64,000 nt of DNA from Marsupella aquatica (taxonomy: Eukaryota > Plantae > Marchantiophyta), in assembly GCA_973895155.1 (NCBI GenBank), contig OZ316899.1:4219241-4283240 (forward strand). Direction: 5' to 3'. Below, one piece after another: positions 44,259-57,256 of this stretch. Below the pieces are notes generated by a model. That model made no database searches, was not told where the DNA came from, and worked only from the letters and a program-made list of their open reading frames with translations. The first letter of the stretch is position 1. Every line of letters begins with the position of its first letter. The position numbers were made by a program, and so were the translations under genes.

Positions 44259-47200
44259 AGGTCCCATAGGTGGCCTCGGCACTGCTCGACCATAATTCGG
44301 CTTCGAAGATGCCCATGCTGGTCCAGGAGCTGGTTGAGGTGTCGATGGGAAATACTGACTTCCCCCAGGTGCTATCACAGCATAGGAATTATCATAGTCA
44401 TAACCCTCCGCCTCCTCCTGCATCTGCATGTAATTTACCTTCAGATTGGAATTCGGGCATTCACTTGGATAATGGCCTTGCTGATTGCAACGAGCACACC
44501 AAACGTTTACTCTCATAGCAGGCGGTTGTCGTCTCACAGGTTTAAGAGCAGCAATGTTGACACTTAATTTAGACAACTTGCCACTAAGATCTGACATCAA
44601 CCGATCCAGGTTCTTCGGGTGAGTGGTCTTGGAGGCCCCCTTGCTGGAAGATTTCTTCTTTGGAGTAGATTTCTCCGAATCTGAAGAAGAGGTCGAACTC
44701 TCACTGGTAGTGGTCGTGGAGCTGTACTCGTCGTCACTGGAACTGCTAGTGGTTTCTGCCTCCGATTCTGAGCTGTCCTTGGATTTATTTTTCTTCTTAT
44801 GCCTATCTCGTTTCAAGTCCTTCCTCACCCGTTTCTTCCCTGAAATCTCAGAATCGACATACTTCTGTGCGGCTTCTTGTGCTTCATCAAAAGTCATGCC
44901 TCCCTCTCTCCTCACATATCGGGCAATACGGGAAGGTAGCCCGTTGACAAACCAATCTCTCACAGTTAATTTAGAAGTGGCAGGGTTATACTGGTCAACC
45001 AAATCCAACAGTTTATCAGCGTATTTTCTTACCGAGCCATGCTTCTTCATACGTAAGTGAGATATCCGAGTAAATGCTCGGGCTGCTGCTCCATCTTCTT
45101 GGAATTTAGCCAAGAACGCAGCCTTCACACTGGGCCAATCCTGTTTGGTTGGGAACCGATCGTACCATTTCTGTGCTCTTTTCTTCATTAGCCCCCCGAA
45201 TAAATTGGCTTTCTCTGCATCCAGGCTCTGCCCATTAGAAGTTGCTGAGGCCTCAAACTCCTTCAGGTAAACCTCTGCATCCTCCTTTGAGGTCCCAAAA
45301 AATCTATCATACCGCACATGGTTCCGGGCCATTGTAACTACGGGCGCTGCTGAAGAAGGAGAGGCGCTCTTAGTACTTCCGGGGGTAGAGGTCCCGCCTC
45401 GTGGCGTGCGGGTTGTGCTGGAAGGTAAACTGGAATTTGATGTACCACTTCCCAACGAAGATACTCCCGAGTGGGATGTCTGAGATGTATACAGGTTATC
45501 TAAGTCCTCAACGCCTCCCAATGGTACCACAAAAACACTCTCAGGAGTGTCATAAGGGTCTTGGGCAATCTCTGGTAAAGCGGTGCCTGGCGTCGTAGTT
45601 GTGACTTCTGCGGGTTGCTCAAGGCTACCTTGGTTCTGCTCCTCCTGCGGGGTAAGTGAGTTCTCTCGTTCTTGCCACACCAGAGATGTTCCGAAAGTTT
45701 TAAAACTCGATGGAGTTATGTGATCATCCAAACTACTGGCTCGTCTTAAACTCCCCGAAATTCCAGGCTTCTTTCGAGGCTTTTGTGGGACAATCAACTT
45801 CGGTCCAGAACGTAAGTTCACAAATCCTGGTCTACTAGAAGTTGGCGCTTCCAGAGTTCCCCTCGAATCATTCTGCTGAATGAGGGATAATCTCGCGTTT
45901 ACACTTCCAGGTGGCGGAAAGTCTGGTGACTGAAATTCTGCAATTAACCCCCTCGGTTGAACCGGTGATTCGAAGGATGGGACTTGGGACGTCGAGACTC
46001 GGGTTTCCTCCTTGCCTGGTTGCTGATTTTTCTCAGTCATTCCTCATTTCTCTACCCCTCTTGATACTGCCTGCCTCCTCCTTTACCAGCTTAAAAGGAT
46101 CGCAACACCATTTCAGGAAATTCCATGACTGGGGGATCGATTATAACAAAATCCATAACATAGTATTCATCCCCCACTTGAATAGCAAGTGACCTAAGTT
46201 CCCCTACAGGTCGAAGGATATGCCCGTCATACCAAATCCTAACTGTGGTGGCAAAAAGTGGTCCCAAATTTAATTGTTCTACCAACCAAGAAGAAAGCAA
46301 ATTCACTCTCGAACCTCTGTCCAGCCTTACCGTTCTAATCAAGAAGCCGTCCACCCTTACTTGAAACTCAAAGGTACTTCCCTGAACCTAGGGCATGATA
46401 GCGTCCGGGCCAGCTTCAAATCTGAGGGCGCCCCTTGCTATCCCGTAGCGCTCCGTCTGTAACTGCCGCACAAGTCCAATCTCCGAATTTTCCGCTTCCG
46501 GCTGGAGTCGTCCTTTGCTATCTAATAGCGCTCTCCTCCAGAACTTCCTCTTGAGCGTAATGGTTTGGATCTCCCTCGAATCTCCCTGAAATCTCCCTGA
46601 ACCCAGGGCCTCCCCCTTCAACAGAACCAATACATCCTCAACCCGCGGCGCTCTTCATAGTAAAGCAGCGCTCCTCTCCTGATACTGTACAAAAAAGTAA
46701 CACTTCCCTCCGTCTGGACCAAGAATCCGCCCCTGCCAGAGAATTATGCACCATTTCGCTTTTCTTTCTTAATGGTGCGTTCTTTTCTCCTTTCAGTTGC
46801 ACGGAGCGCTCTCCTTCGCCACAATTCTTCAAAAGAAGGTGGTGCATTGTCAATGGTGAAAGAATAGGTCTCAAATGTCATCACCGGCCATTCCACAGAT
46901 GGCTCCATGAGGCCAAAATTCTCCCTTCTAAGCTCTTAAAATCCTTCACTACAAGTGGCATTCACTGCCTGAGTTTCAATTACTTCCAATTCGTTCCCCG
47001 GCAGCGGCGCCAAAAATCTATGTGGTATAGGTCTATAAATAAAACACAAGGTTTAAAGCCAAAGATAACCCAAAGTCGATCCCGTAAAGAACAAAGTGGA
47101 AGCTATTGAAGGAAATAGTGTTAATGAAGAGATATAAGCTGACCTCTCAAATTTCTCTATCTTCAACCGATCAAACACAGAATAAAATCAACCAGTAACA

Positions 47201-48449
47201 ACTAATTCTGGAATCATGATTGAAGGTGGATTTACATAAGGAAGAATTCAAGGAATATGAATGGCATTGCCCTTCCTTCAACAAAGATTAGGGTCTTACT
47301 CAACCCATTCTCCTATATTCTTCTCCTTCAAAATCTCGCTCTTGTCATGAGAAGATCACAGGAAAGATATAATCTCTACCGTTTTCAAGGTAAATTTCAG
47401 ATTATAATTGCCGAGCTTTGCATTAAAATGATGGCAACACGGTTTGGCTAGGCATCAGGTATGGCATAGACAAAACACTAATGCAAAAGTCCAGGGCATA
47501 ATAATGGTACTCTTGTCCCTCAATGATAGATTTGACACTTTCCTATAAACATTCATCTTTGAATTTTGAATGATTCTCATCACTGTAAGCAATCAATCAT
47601 AAAATTCATCTTGATTTCCAGAAGTTGAACATACACTTGTTTATCGAGGAATCTTTCAAAACAAATTCCTCAACACAAACATTTACTTCATTTGCAATCT
47701 CTACAACTGAATAGATCACAAACAAAGGGAGCGACCGGGAGTCTTGCATCTACAGCCAGGCTTCCAATTTAGTCCTTCTCACCCGAAATGAGGAAAAACA
47801 AGGGCTTAAGTATCATCAAAGTCAGGGCAGAGAAAGTGTTCCCTAGAATCTAGAAAGAAAAGTAACTAAAATGAGATCTAGAAAGGCTGATCTAAACTAA
47901 ACTACATACTGTAGTTTTAACTAGTATGAAAAGTAGTAGAGTACTGAGTGCTGCTAACTAGAAAAGAGACTTCTTACTATGGTGGAAAATCAACTAGTAG
48001 CGCTGTCGGTAAAACAATAGTGAACATCTACTTAGTAAACTTACTAAAGGTGCTCTGAGTAAGTAAATAGTGCTGTCTTAAGAACTACTAACAGAGGGCG
48101 CCTCTTATGAGTTGACACTTCTGCCCAAAAATTATCCCTGTTTTACTCGCAGCGCCCTGTCTTCAATCAGGGGTGTCACATTACAGCTTCAACAATTGTC
48201 CTAAGCCTTCGGTTTTCTTCCTCGACCTGCATAGCTCCTCCGCCAGTACTCATTCTTTCTCGCGCTCTTACTGCTACCGGTCACCAGGTTGAAGCGCTCA
48301 TTTCTTGGTAAAGGCCGTTCCTCTTCCCTACTCACTTAATGCTCTTTATGGCTAATTATCCTGCTTACAACCTCAAAGTTTCTAACTTCCATCCAAAAAA
48401 ATTAAAAATGTCTCCTACTTAGAAGATTATCGCTAACGGGTATACCACA
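44259..48449 (-). repeat. Inverted copy of D 5' LTR (48449-47021), PBS (47012-46995), leader and gag 5' part (from 46040)
   Basis: Reverse complement of 35508-39698 with at least six substitutions seen. Confidence 0.96.
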
Positions 48450-48454
48450 TTACT

Positions 48455-50134
48455 TTTGACAAATTTCTTGAGCCGGCTAACATGGTAGCTTTTGCCTACG
48501 TCCATTTCCTTGGGTGTCTCCAACACCACCAAAACCGGATTATCCTTGTGGATCCGTTGTATGATGCAATAGGGCCCCACATATCTGGGGCCAAACCAAC
48601 TTCCTACTTATGTTCCCATGGTATTGTTCAGATCTCAACTATAACCAAGCGCTCTCCCCAATTTTAAAGCTTACCTGGCGTGGATGCTTATCTCCTTGCT
48701 CCTTGTACCGACTTTGGGCAAGGGTCATACCCTTGGTAGCCGCTTCTACAACTAGGCATTGCTCTTGAATAAAATTGTCTGCAGAAGGAACCTTGCTCTC
48801 TGTCCGCCAAGATTCCCAATTTATGAACTAGGAGGGCGCCCTTGGCATCCTCCCTGTGACCAACACAAACGGGGAAAACCCCATTGCCAAATGCTTGGTT
48901 GAGTTATACCTAAACTTGACCATTGTTAAGTGCTTTGCCCAATCCTTTTGATTGGTTGTCACAAAATGATGCAAATGGTCCTCAACAATATCATTCACCT
49001 ATTCCGTTTGGCTGTCCGTCTTATGATGATACGCTGATCCCCTAGTAAGGTCTGTGCCAGATAACCGGAATAACACCTTCCAAAAGTGGCCCGTGAACTT
49101 TGTATCGCGGTCGAACAGGATATGCAACGACAATCCCCATTGTTGGAAGACATTGTTAAACACTACACCAACAACCTCTTGGGCCAACCATTTTTGTAGT
49201 CGGCAAGAAATACGTCATCTTGGAAAAACAACCCATGATTGTTAAGATGGAGTTATTGCCGTGGGACTCAAGTAACCCAACAATGAAGTCCGTGGAGATG
49301 GACTCCCATGGAGCCGCGGCTAGAGGTAAACGTTGCAAAAGTCCTCCGTTCGGTTCTTTTGGCACGAGTAACAACTTTGCACGTGGCAAAGGAACGATTG
49401 CTTCATGTTTGGCCAATACACATCTCGCAACATGGTGCAGTACATAGAAGCTTGTCCGTCGTGCCTACCCTAAGACGAGTTGTGGTACTTTTGTAGAACC
49501 TCAAGTCTTAGAGACTTTGGTATGTACACAGCCTCTGCTTGTATTGCCATAATTGGACATCATGCATGGCATCCAACCCCAATGAAATGTGCCTCACCTT
49601 GCCTTGGCCACCCCCATTGTTTTGTCATTCCTTGGCTAACTTGTCATCCCCATATGCCTTGGCCAAAACCTTTGGCCACTCGGATTCAAGCATTGTGATT
49701 GCATTGACACGATCATGGTTCCTATGCGATAACGCATTAGTTGTCGTGTTTGTCTTCTCAGGAACATGACGGACTTCAAAATCAAAATCCGCCAAGAACA
49801 TCTGCCAGCACATTTCCTTGGGGTTCAGCCTTGGCTTAGAACTGAAGTATCCGACTGGCAAGCTATCTGTGTGTATTATCACCCTAGGACTGTTCTTAAG
49901 GTAAATCTTTCACTTCTTCAACACATAGATTACCGCATACATTTCCCTTTCCGGTGTGATCCAATGATTTCCCAACTTACATGACTCAAATGCCACACGA
50001 TGCCTATCTTGGTGAAGACAGAAGCCAATGGCATAATCACTTGCGTCTGTCCAATCTCAAACAACTTCCCCATCTCAGATAACTTTAGAACTGATGGCGT
50101 TATCATTAGCCACTTGAGTTTTAGGAATGCTAAC
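48455..50134 (-). pseudogene. pol: A3 RNase H and integrase, degenerate
   Basis: IIHTD, W..FLADFDFEV, APWESISTDFIVGL, FDRDTKFTGHFW, AYH..TDSQTE; many stops. Confidence 0.9.
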
Positions 50135-52618
50135 TGTGGTGCATCCCATGGCTCTCTAAACCCAGGAACCCGCCTTGAACAAGCCGATTCCCACTAGTTT
50201 TGCTCTTGCCAAGGCCGGTTCCGCGGCTTATCGGCATGGGACGTTGCTAAAACTCCTTTACTAACTTTTTACCCACATATACTGGACAGACCCTTCATCG
50301 GGTCATGAGATATGCACCCGCCCTACTCTAGGCCTCTCCTTCCTCTCTTCCCTTGGTCTCCCTGTAGGTATGTTTCAATTTTGCCACCAAAATGATGCCC
50401 AATCGGCTTGGGTAGCCTCTAAGATGCCTCTCAGCTCAACACATCCAACTCTGCCTGCTCCTGATGACTTCACTTACTTCTTTTCTCTCCTATAGTTGAT
50501 GTGGGCAATCTTTACACAAGTCAATGCAACACACAACTAGAAAGATGACTCATACTGACTAAGTTATACCGTGCAACTGCCATACAAAGAGTACTTCTCA
50601 TACACAAGATCTACAAACTAAGCCAGAAGGCCAACTCTATTCAGCTCTTAGGCATGAGGAAACATGAATATACACAAGAGTCACTGCATAACTAACCGAG
50701 AGCTTCTCTGACTAATTGATCCCAGCCTTGCTAGTGCACTAAAAACTTGCTTAAGAAGAAGGCCCTGAAGTCCCGGCTACACATGTATTGATCCTAGTAG
50801 CGCATCTACCTAGCTGCGTAAGCCAAATCTACCTCTAAGTGTAATCTACCTATGTACAGCGGGGCAAGAGCACAAGTGTTGCTCTTACTAGTGGATCCGC
50901 ACTCCCACTAATCTAAGTGTGAGGGCCGCTTCTTGGCCCTGATCCTAATCCTAAATTTGGAGGTCTGCACCTGCTCTGCCCACTCACGTCTCCTACCTCC
51001 ATGTCTGCCCTCCCTAAAAGGGACGGCCCCCCTCCACCATCATGAACCTGGTGGTTGGCTCTCAATGGATGCCCCCAATCCTTCCTTGGCGGCCAATGTA
51101 GTCGTCCCGTCCTCTAACAGGTTACCCGCTCCCGATTGGGTGAACTCATCCTCGGCGTGACCGGGCCCCCCTCCTACCTCAGCTTCTGCTTCCCCGGCTT
51201 TTGCTTCCTTGGCTTGTAACAGTGGTGAGTTTGCTCCTACGGCTTCGGCACTGTCAGTCCTAGTATTGGCCATCTTGCCGTAGTGGTCCTCCTCATAGGC
51301 TCGTCCTATGAGTCGGGTTGTCTTGTCTTCCCAAGGTTGCGGTTGATGCCGATCAATGATTGACAACCTTGAGTCAGTGCCTGTCATGGCCTCACCCAGC
51401 TAGTCTTCTTGGCGTACCTCCAAGACTGCCTCCTTGACAACCACTACCTCGCATAAGGCCGGTGCCATGCTTTCTACCTCACCCACGATGGCCTGAGGAA
51501 CTGTGTTGCTCCCTGACCTGGAAGGTTTTCACTTCTTCTTGTCCTTCCCTTCCCAGGCAGCCGGTGCCTTCCCCTTGCCACTTACTTCCGGCAAAGGTGA
51601 GGGTGCCTCGACTTGTTGTTTGGTCAATACCACGCCCTGCAACCCTGTTGCCGCCATCGGGGGTCCACTTGTTGCAGCCTACCGATTTAATTCCTTGAAT
51701 AGTTTCTTCAGCCGCTCCATTTGGTTGTCCACCTGCCTCTGCAAGTTCTCTAATTTCTGCATGGCGTCCTCCAACTCCTCCTGGGTCTCGTCTTAATCCC
51801 CGCAAGCTTCCTCCAACTCCTTCAGGTTTTCGTCCAACTCCTTCCGTAAGGCTGCCCTCTCCTCTTGGGTTGCTTTCAGCTCTACGTTGAGCTCATGGAC
51901 GACATCAAACTCTATCTTATTCATCTTCTTGTAGGTTTGATCAAGCATGTCATTCTTCTTACGCAGGTTGGCTTGAAAGTTGGCCGACAGGGTTTCGAGG
52001 TCCTCCTTCAACTTATCAACGCTCTTGTAGGCCTCATCTAAGTTGTCCTTTTTTATGGAAGGCCCTACGGAATTCTTCAATCTCCTCCTTCAGTGCCCAC
52101 TCCTTCCTCTGCACCTCTGTCATGGCCCTATTGCTAATTGTTAGGTGAGCTGCCTTTGCATCTTTAAGCTCCTACTTCCACTTCTCCTTCTCCTTGAGAG
52201 CCTTGGCCAAATGCCCTTGGGTCTGGGCAAGTTTATTCTTGATTAATTGGTTATCAGCCTTGGCCGTATCCAGTTGCCACTGCATGATGTTTATCTCATG
52301 CCTCCTAACCCGCAGCTCGTCTTGAGCTTGCTTGGCTGCCTTTAGATCTCCAACCTTGGATTCCCTCTCTCTAAGCCGTCGGATGACCTCCTCCTTCTTC
52401 ATCCTCTACAAGGCCAGTGCTTCCTCCAACCGGATTTTCTTCAACCTCTCCCTATTGAGAAAAGGCCCTTGACTTCAACTCCTCACCAGAGACGTTGAGG
52501 GCAAGTAATCCGCACATCCTCCCATACTCCAGGGCTCTGCCACGTGCATAGGTGGAGTGGTTAGGAGATGCCGGCATCTCCCAACGCGGCCTTTGTTCCC
52601 ATGCCGCCTTTCAAACCT

Positions 52619-55600
52619 CACTAGTAGAAACCAGGGCAATTTAGACCATACCTTATAGGACTAAGCCCACTAAGTCCTTTTTCCATACTTAAAACGACTC
52701 ATACCCATTGCACCGGTTTTGTTGAAGACTACAAAAGACTATTAGTGTTTTATGGTTCACTAAAAGACTATGAGAAGTAACCTTGCTACTTTGTGAAGGA
52801 TGAATAGTCTAGCACATCAAGGGTAATGACCACTTATGCTGAGGAGGGGTAATTATATAAAGAGGGTGATAGCAAGGGGCATAACTCATTAAATGGCCTT
52901 ATTTTGTGACCAAAAAGATTTTGGGTTTAATGAAGTGAGGTTCATGGAGGGTGGACTACAGAGGGATGGTCAACATATTCTTGGCCATTACTAAATCCAT
53001 CTATAAAAGGCCGAGATGCACAAAGGTAGATTTGTACCGGTCTCAAGGTGGTGTGGGTCAGTAAAGGGGCACATCTAGCCGAAGAACACTCGATTGAAAT
53101 AGTGACGCAACGGTTTAGTAAAAGGAACATGGACCGTAAACCCTAACTTGTTTGCTACCTTGGGAGGATCTTGAGAGCCAGAGCTTGCAAGCGGCGCTCT
53201 AAATGGATGACCCTGGCATTGCAAACATAGTGTGGCCACAGTCGAGTTGTCTTAAGCACATTAGGGGGTTTATGTCAAGGCTAGCTAGGGGGTGGCTGGG
53301 TTTTCACTAAAGGGGGTTTAGGGGGGGTTTGATGTGAAGGGTCGGGGGTTGCATGTTAAGGGGATGGGGGTTTAGGGACCATTGGATCGTCGACATCCAT
53401 CCCCACCATCAAAAAATTGCCCGTTCCAACCTGGCATTCACCTTACCTTTGTCTTTTCTGAGGGTTTCTCCCGACCTGGGTGACGACTTCCTCCTGTCCT
53501 AGCCACCTTCCCGCCGCTACCCAATTTGAAAATGCAAGAGCTTGTTTCAATTGCTGAAACCTGCCGTGCTCACGGCTTCCTCCTGTCCTAGCGACCTTCC
53601 AGCCGCTACCCAATTTGAAAATGCAAGAGCTTGTTTCAGTCTCCCTGAAATCTGCCCTGCTCATGAGCTCAGCACTTGCGCTAGCAAAACTGCCTAATAT
53701 TTCTTACGCCTAGCTTTCATGGTATCTAGTGGCAGTGGTGGAATATTTGAGAAGGAAGTGGATCGGGGACTCAAGGATAAGGCAGCGGCTCATTCGAACA
53801 ATGCGCACCTTTGTAGTCAGAGCAAGGTCTCACTGAATTGCACTACGACACAGAATCAGTGTTCCCTATTTTCTGCATTGTTCCATATGTTTGTGGGAGA
53901 ATACAGAAGCTTTGGATAGACTTTTTCTATTTGTTTGAACCACAAATCTTGGTGTTGGAAGATTGTTTTGTTGGAAATCGATCTAGCTATGTTGATACTC
54001 TTGCTCATGCGCCCAACGTGGATCAACCTGCTGGTGCCAAAGTCGTTCTAGTGTTCAAGTTTCTTCTCAATACGGTACGTGGATTTTTTCAAGTTCCAAT
54101 GTCCACACAATGAACTGCAAAATCCATTTTTCAAATTACTCACTCGATTCTTGATGAATGTTGACAATCATTGGCTAGTTAGAATCGTCTCTTGAAGATC
54201 TTTCCAATGATGTATTCCACGCAGAATTTCATTAGGATTTGACTCGGGAATGTCAAATCAAAAATTGCTGTCAAAAAAAGTTCTGCGAAAATCTGAGAAA
54301 TTCAATTTAGTGTAACTTTTTCAAATCTTAAGTATAATCTGCGATCTTGGAGTGGTTAGAAGCGGATTTAACATATCTTTCTGATGCACCATGCCACAAC
54401 CATTCAACTCTTGAAGTTTCTCCTCAGTACAGTACGTGGATGTTTTCAAGCTTCACTGTCCATACGTACAATGAACTGCAAAATCTACTTTTCAAATTAC
54501 TCACTCAATTCTTGATGAATGTTGATAATCATGGGCTCATTAGAATAGTCTCTTGAAGATCTTTCCAACGATGTATTCCACACAGAATTTCATGAGGATT
54601 TGACTCAACAATGTCAAATCGAAAATAGCTGTCAAGAAAAGTTCTGCAAAAATCTAAGAAATTCAATTTAGTGTAACTATTTCAAATCTTAAGTAAAATT
54701 TGCGATCTTGGAGTCTTTAGAAGCAGATTGAAGAGATCATCCTAATGCATCATAGTACTCTCTGTTTTGTTGCGGATTGACAATGTCATTAACTCAAAAT
54801 TATGTTGCTTTACAGGTATGTCAGCCTAGAGAGGTTTTGAAAACGAATTTCTGCAAAAAACATTTTGGATTTAAAGAATTGCAGAATTGCCTCTGGCTTG
54901 CTACGCTTCCATTGACACTCAAGTCCTGCACTCATTTCAAGAGTTGTGTAAGGACTGTACCACATCTAAGAGATCTGTAGAGAGATTTTTGCATGGAATT
55001 TTCTGAAGTAGAAAATGACCTGGTATTTGGCAGGTGGCAATCTCTTTCTCTCTCCCTTGTTTTTTTGGCTATCACGTTTTCCCTCTGTCCCTCTTTGTTT
55101 TGTAGACTGTTGCCTGAGAAATCTGAACATGTGTATATCTCCAATGCAGCGTTTCAAGTGTTCTCGGCAATGTACACTTCTGGGCGGGCACGAAGTGGAT
55201 GCAGCATAAGGTTGGGGAGGGATCTGGGCGCCTCAAAGCTTAGAAGCATCCTTAATTCTAATTTGGGGAGTTCTCGTTTTTAATGAATCAAAGTTTGGTC
55301 CAAGAAGTTTCTCATCTCTTGTGGCCTTGGTGATTGCATAATAGAAAACGAGAGAGCATGAATAGGACAACCTATTGATACTTCTAGGCCACCTCTGGGC
55401 CACAAAGTTGATGCAGCATAAGGAGGGGGGATCTGAGAGGCGCTGTGATCACAAGCATAGCATGTTAATCTCTTTTAACATAACTCTAGTTTGTTCTCTG
55501 TTGTGTACAGTAATGCTATGGCCATCCTATGGGTTTTGAGGACTTCACATTATAAGGTGATCATTTTTTTCTTTCTATTCTACCTTTGTGTGTGTCTTGC

Positions 55601-57256
55601 AATAAGCTACTTACTGCATATCACTTGTAAAACTTAAAGTATAAATATAGTGAAGTTTTTGTGTGGTGCAGGACAATTTGGTTTGAAAAGGTTATTTCTT
55701 GGAGGGTGAAACAAGAGCATTTGTGCCTAATCTCTTTTAAAATAACTGTAGTTTGTTCTCTGTTGTGTACAGTAGTGCTATGGCCATCCTATGGGTTTTG
55801 AGGACTTCACATCCTAAGGTGATAATTTTTTTCTATTCTACCTTTGTGTGTTTCTTGCAATAAGCTACTTACTGCATATCACTTGTACAGATTAAAGTAC
55901 AAATGTAGTGAAGTTTTTGTGTGGTGCAGTAGTTTTGATTCTCAAGTTGGCATGGCAAAGTTGGGATTAATTTCTGAAAGATTAAAGTAATTGTTCATGC
56001 AGGAGTAAGTAATCCTTGAGATGATAGTGCAACTGGTATGCTCCAACTGTACCTTTAACTGTTAGATTGAGCTCATCATATTCCTCTGCCCAGGTGAAGA
56101 ATGTCCCAACAGAGCCTCTGCCCAGGTGAATTTTCATTTTGTCTAACCAATTGGAACCAGATTGCCTAACAATTATTTCACATAATAGAGATTACATGAT
56201 GTCTCACAACTCTTGTGTGTGATTACAGGACTGCTGTTGCATCAATTGTACATGTCTTGCCATGATCAATTTCTGGTGAGCAATGAAATCACTCCTTGAG
56301 CAAGTTTGACAAAGTTCAAGGAGCATAAGCTAGTTTGGGGGATAGGATTAGACGGTCATGATTGCCCACATAGTAGATCTATTGACAGTTTCTGAAATGT
56401 ACAATTGTTAACAATAAAAATGTTTGGATCCTTTCAATATAAGATCTAGGAGTTCTTTGAGTTCTTTATTGTGAATGTCATATACATGATGTTTTTGTTA
56501 TTGTTTAGTGGTTTCCAATCATTGTGATGTAACATGCTTACATTTTTAATCTTGTTGTGGGTCTTGTTGTGGACGCATTGTGGATTTCATTTTGAATATC
56601 AATCATGTGAAACTGTGCAAGATCTCACCTCCCATGAACCCTATAACCTGAGACGTCCCAAATAACCTGAGACACCCTATAACCTGACTTATAATGACAA
56701 CATTGTGTGCACTTGTGTAATTGCCACATGTTCTAATATCATTTGTTTAGATATATGTCATTTTGAATGTCATTAAAGACATGGACAAATGACTGACGGC
56801 CGTTCATTCAGTCATTTTGGACACCGTGTCATTTCCAAATATTTGTGTCATTTCAGACACCCATAAATGACTGATGGGAGTTTTAGTCATTTGTCTTATT
56901 TGACTGTCCTAAAAGACAAGGCAAGTATGACCAAAAAGCTCTAGTCATAAAATGGTAGAAATGACTGATTTTTTAGTCCTCATTAGAGTCCTTAAAGACA
57001 ATGTTTTCTACTAGTGTATAAAAGACTGAAAACGACTCACCAAAGCTACCCACACAAAGACTACAATAGACTGAAAATCCAGTCTATTAAACGACTTACA
57101 AAACCAGTTCTATAAAGGACTCAGTTGATTATAGTAACAAAACATACGATTCGCAGTCCTAAAAAGGACTGGAGTCCTTCCCAGTCGTTTCCAAGTCCTA
57201 TACGGTACTGAATAGTCGTTTAATGGGGTCTAAATACCCCCCGGTTTCTACTAGTG
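52619..57256. mobile_element. Non-autonomous CACTA (En/Spm) DNA transposon
   Basis: TIR CACTAGTAGAAACC / GGTTTCTACTAGTG; 3-bp TSD CCT on both sides; subterminal GACT/AGTC-rich repeats; no transposase ORF seen. Confidence 0.95.
53487..55930. repeat. Three internal tandem duplications in the CACTA element (~89 bp at 53487-53664, ~358 bp at 54068-54730, ~260 bp at 55467-55930)
   Basis: Adjacent imperfect direct repeats read by eye; boundaries approximate. Confidence 0.8.

Larger units (their letters stand above)
35508..48449 (+). mobile_element. Element D: Athila-like Ty3/gypsy with 4191-bp inverted arms and two U3 termini
   Basis: 35508-39698 is the reverse complement of 44259-48449 (coordinates sum to 83957 throughout). 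TSD TTACT at 35503-35507 and 48450-48454. Confidence 0.95.

Noticed and set aside
44181-46040. Separate minus-strand gag gene of a second element
   Set aside because: It is the truncated inverted arm of D; its C-terminal residues derive from filler and LTR.
35508-48449. DIRS-type (tyrosine recombinase) element or TIR DNA transposon, suggested by the long inverted repeats
   Set aside because: Encodes a DDE gypsy integrase, has PBS, PPT and a 5-bp TSD; the inverted arm includes truncated gag; no recombinase motif seen.
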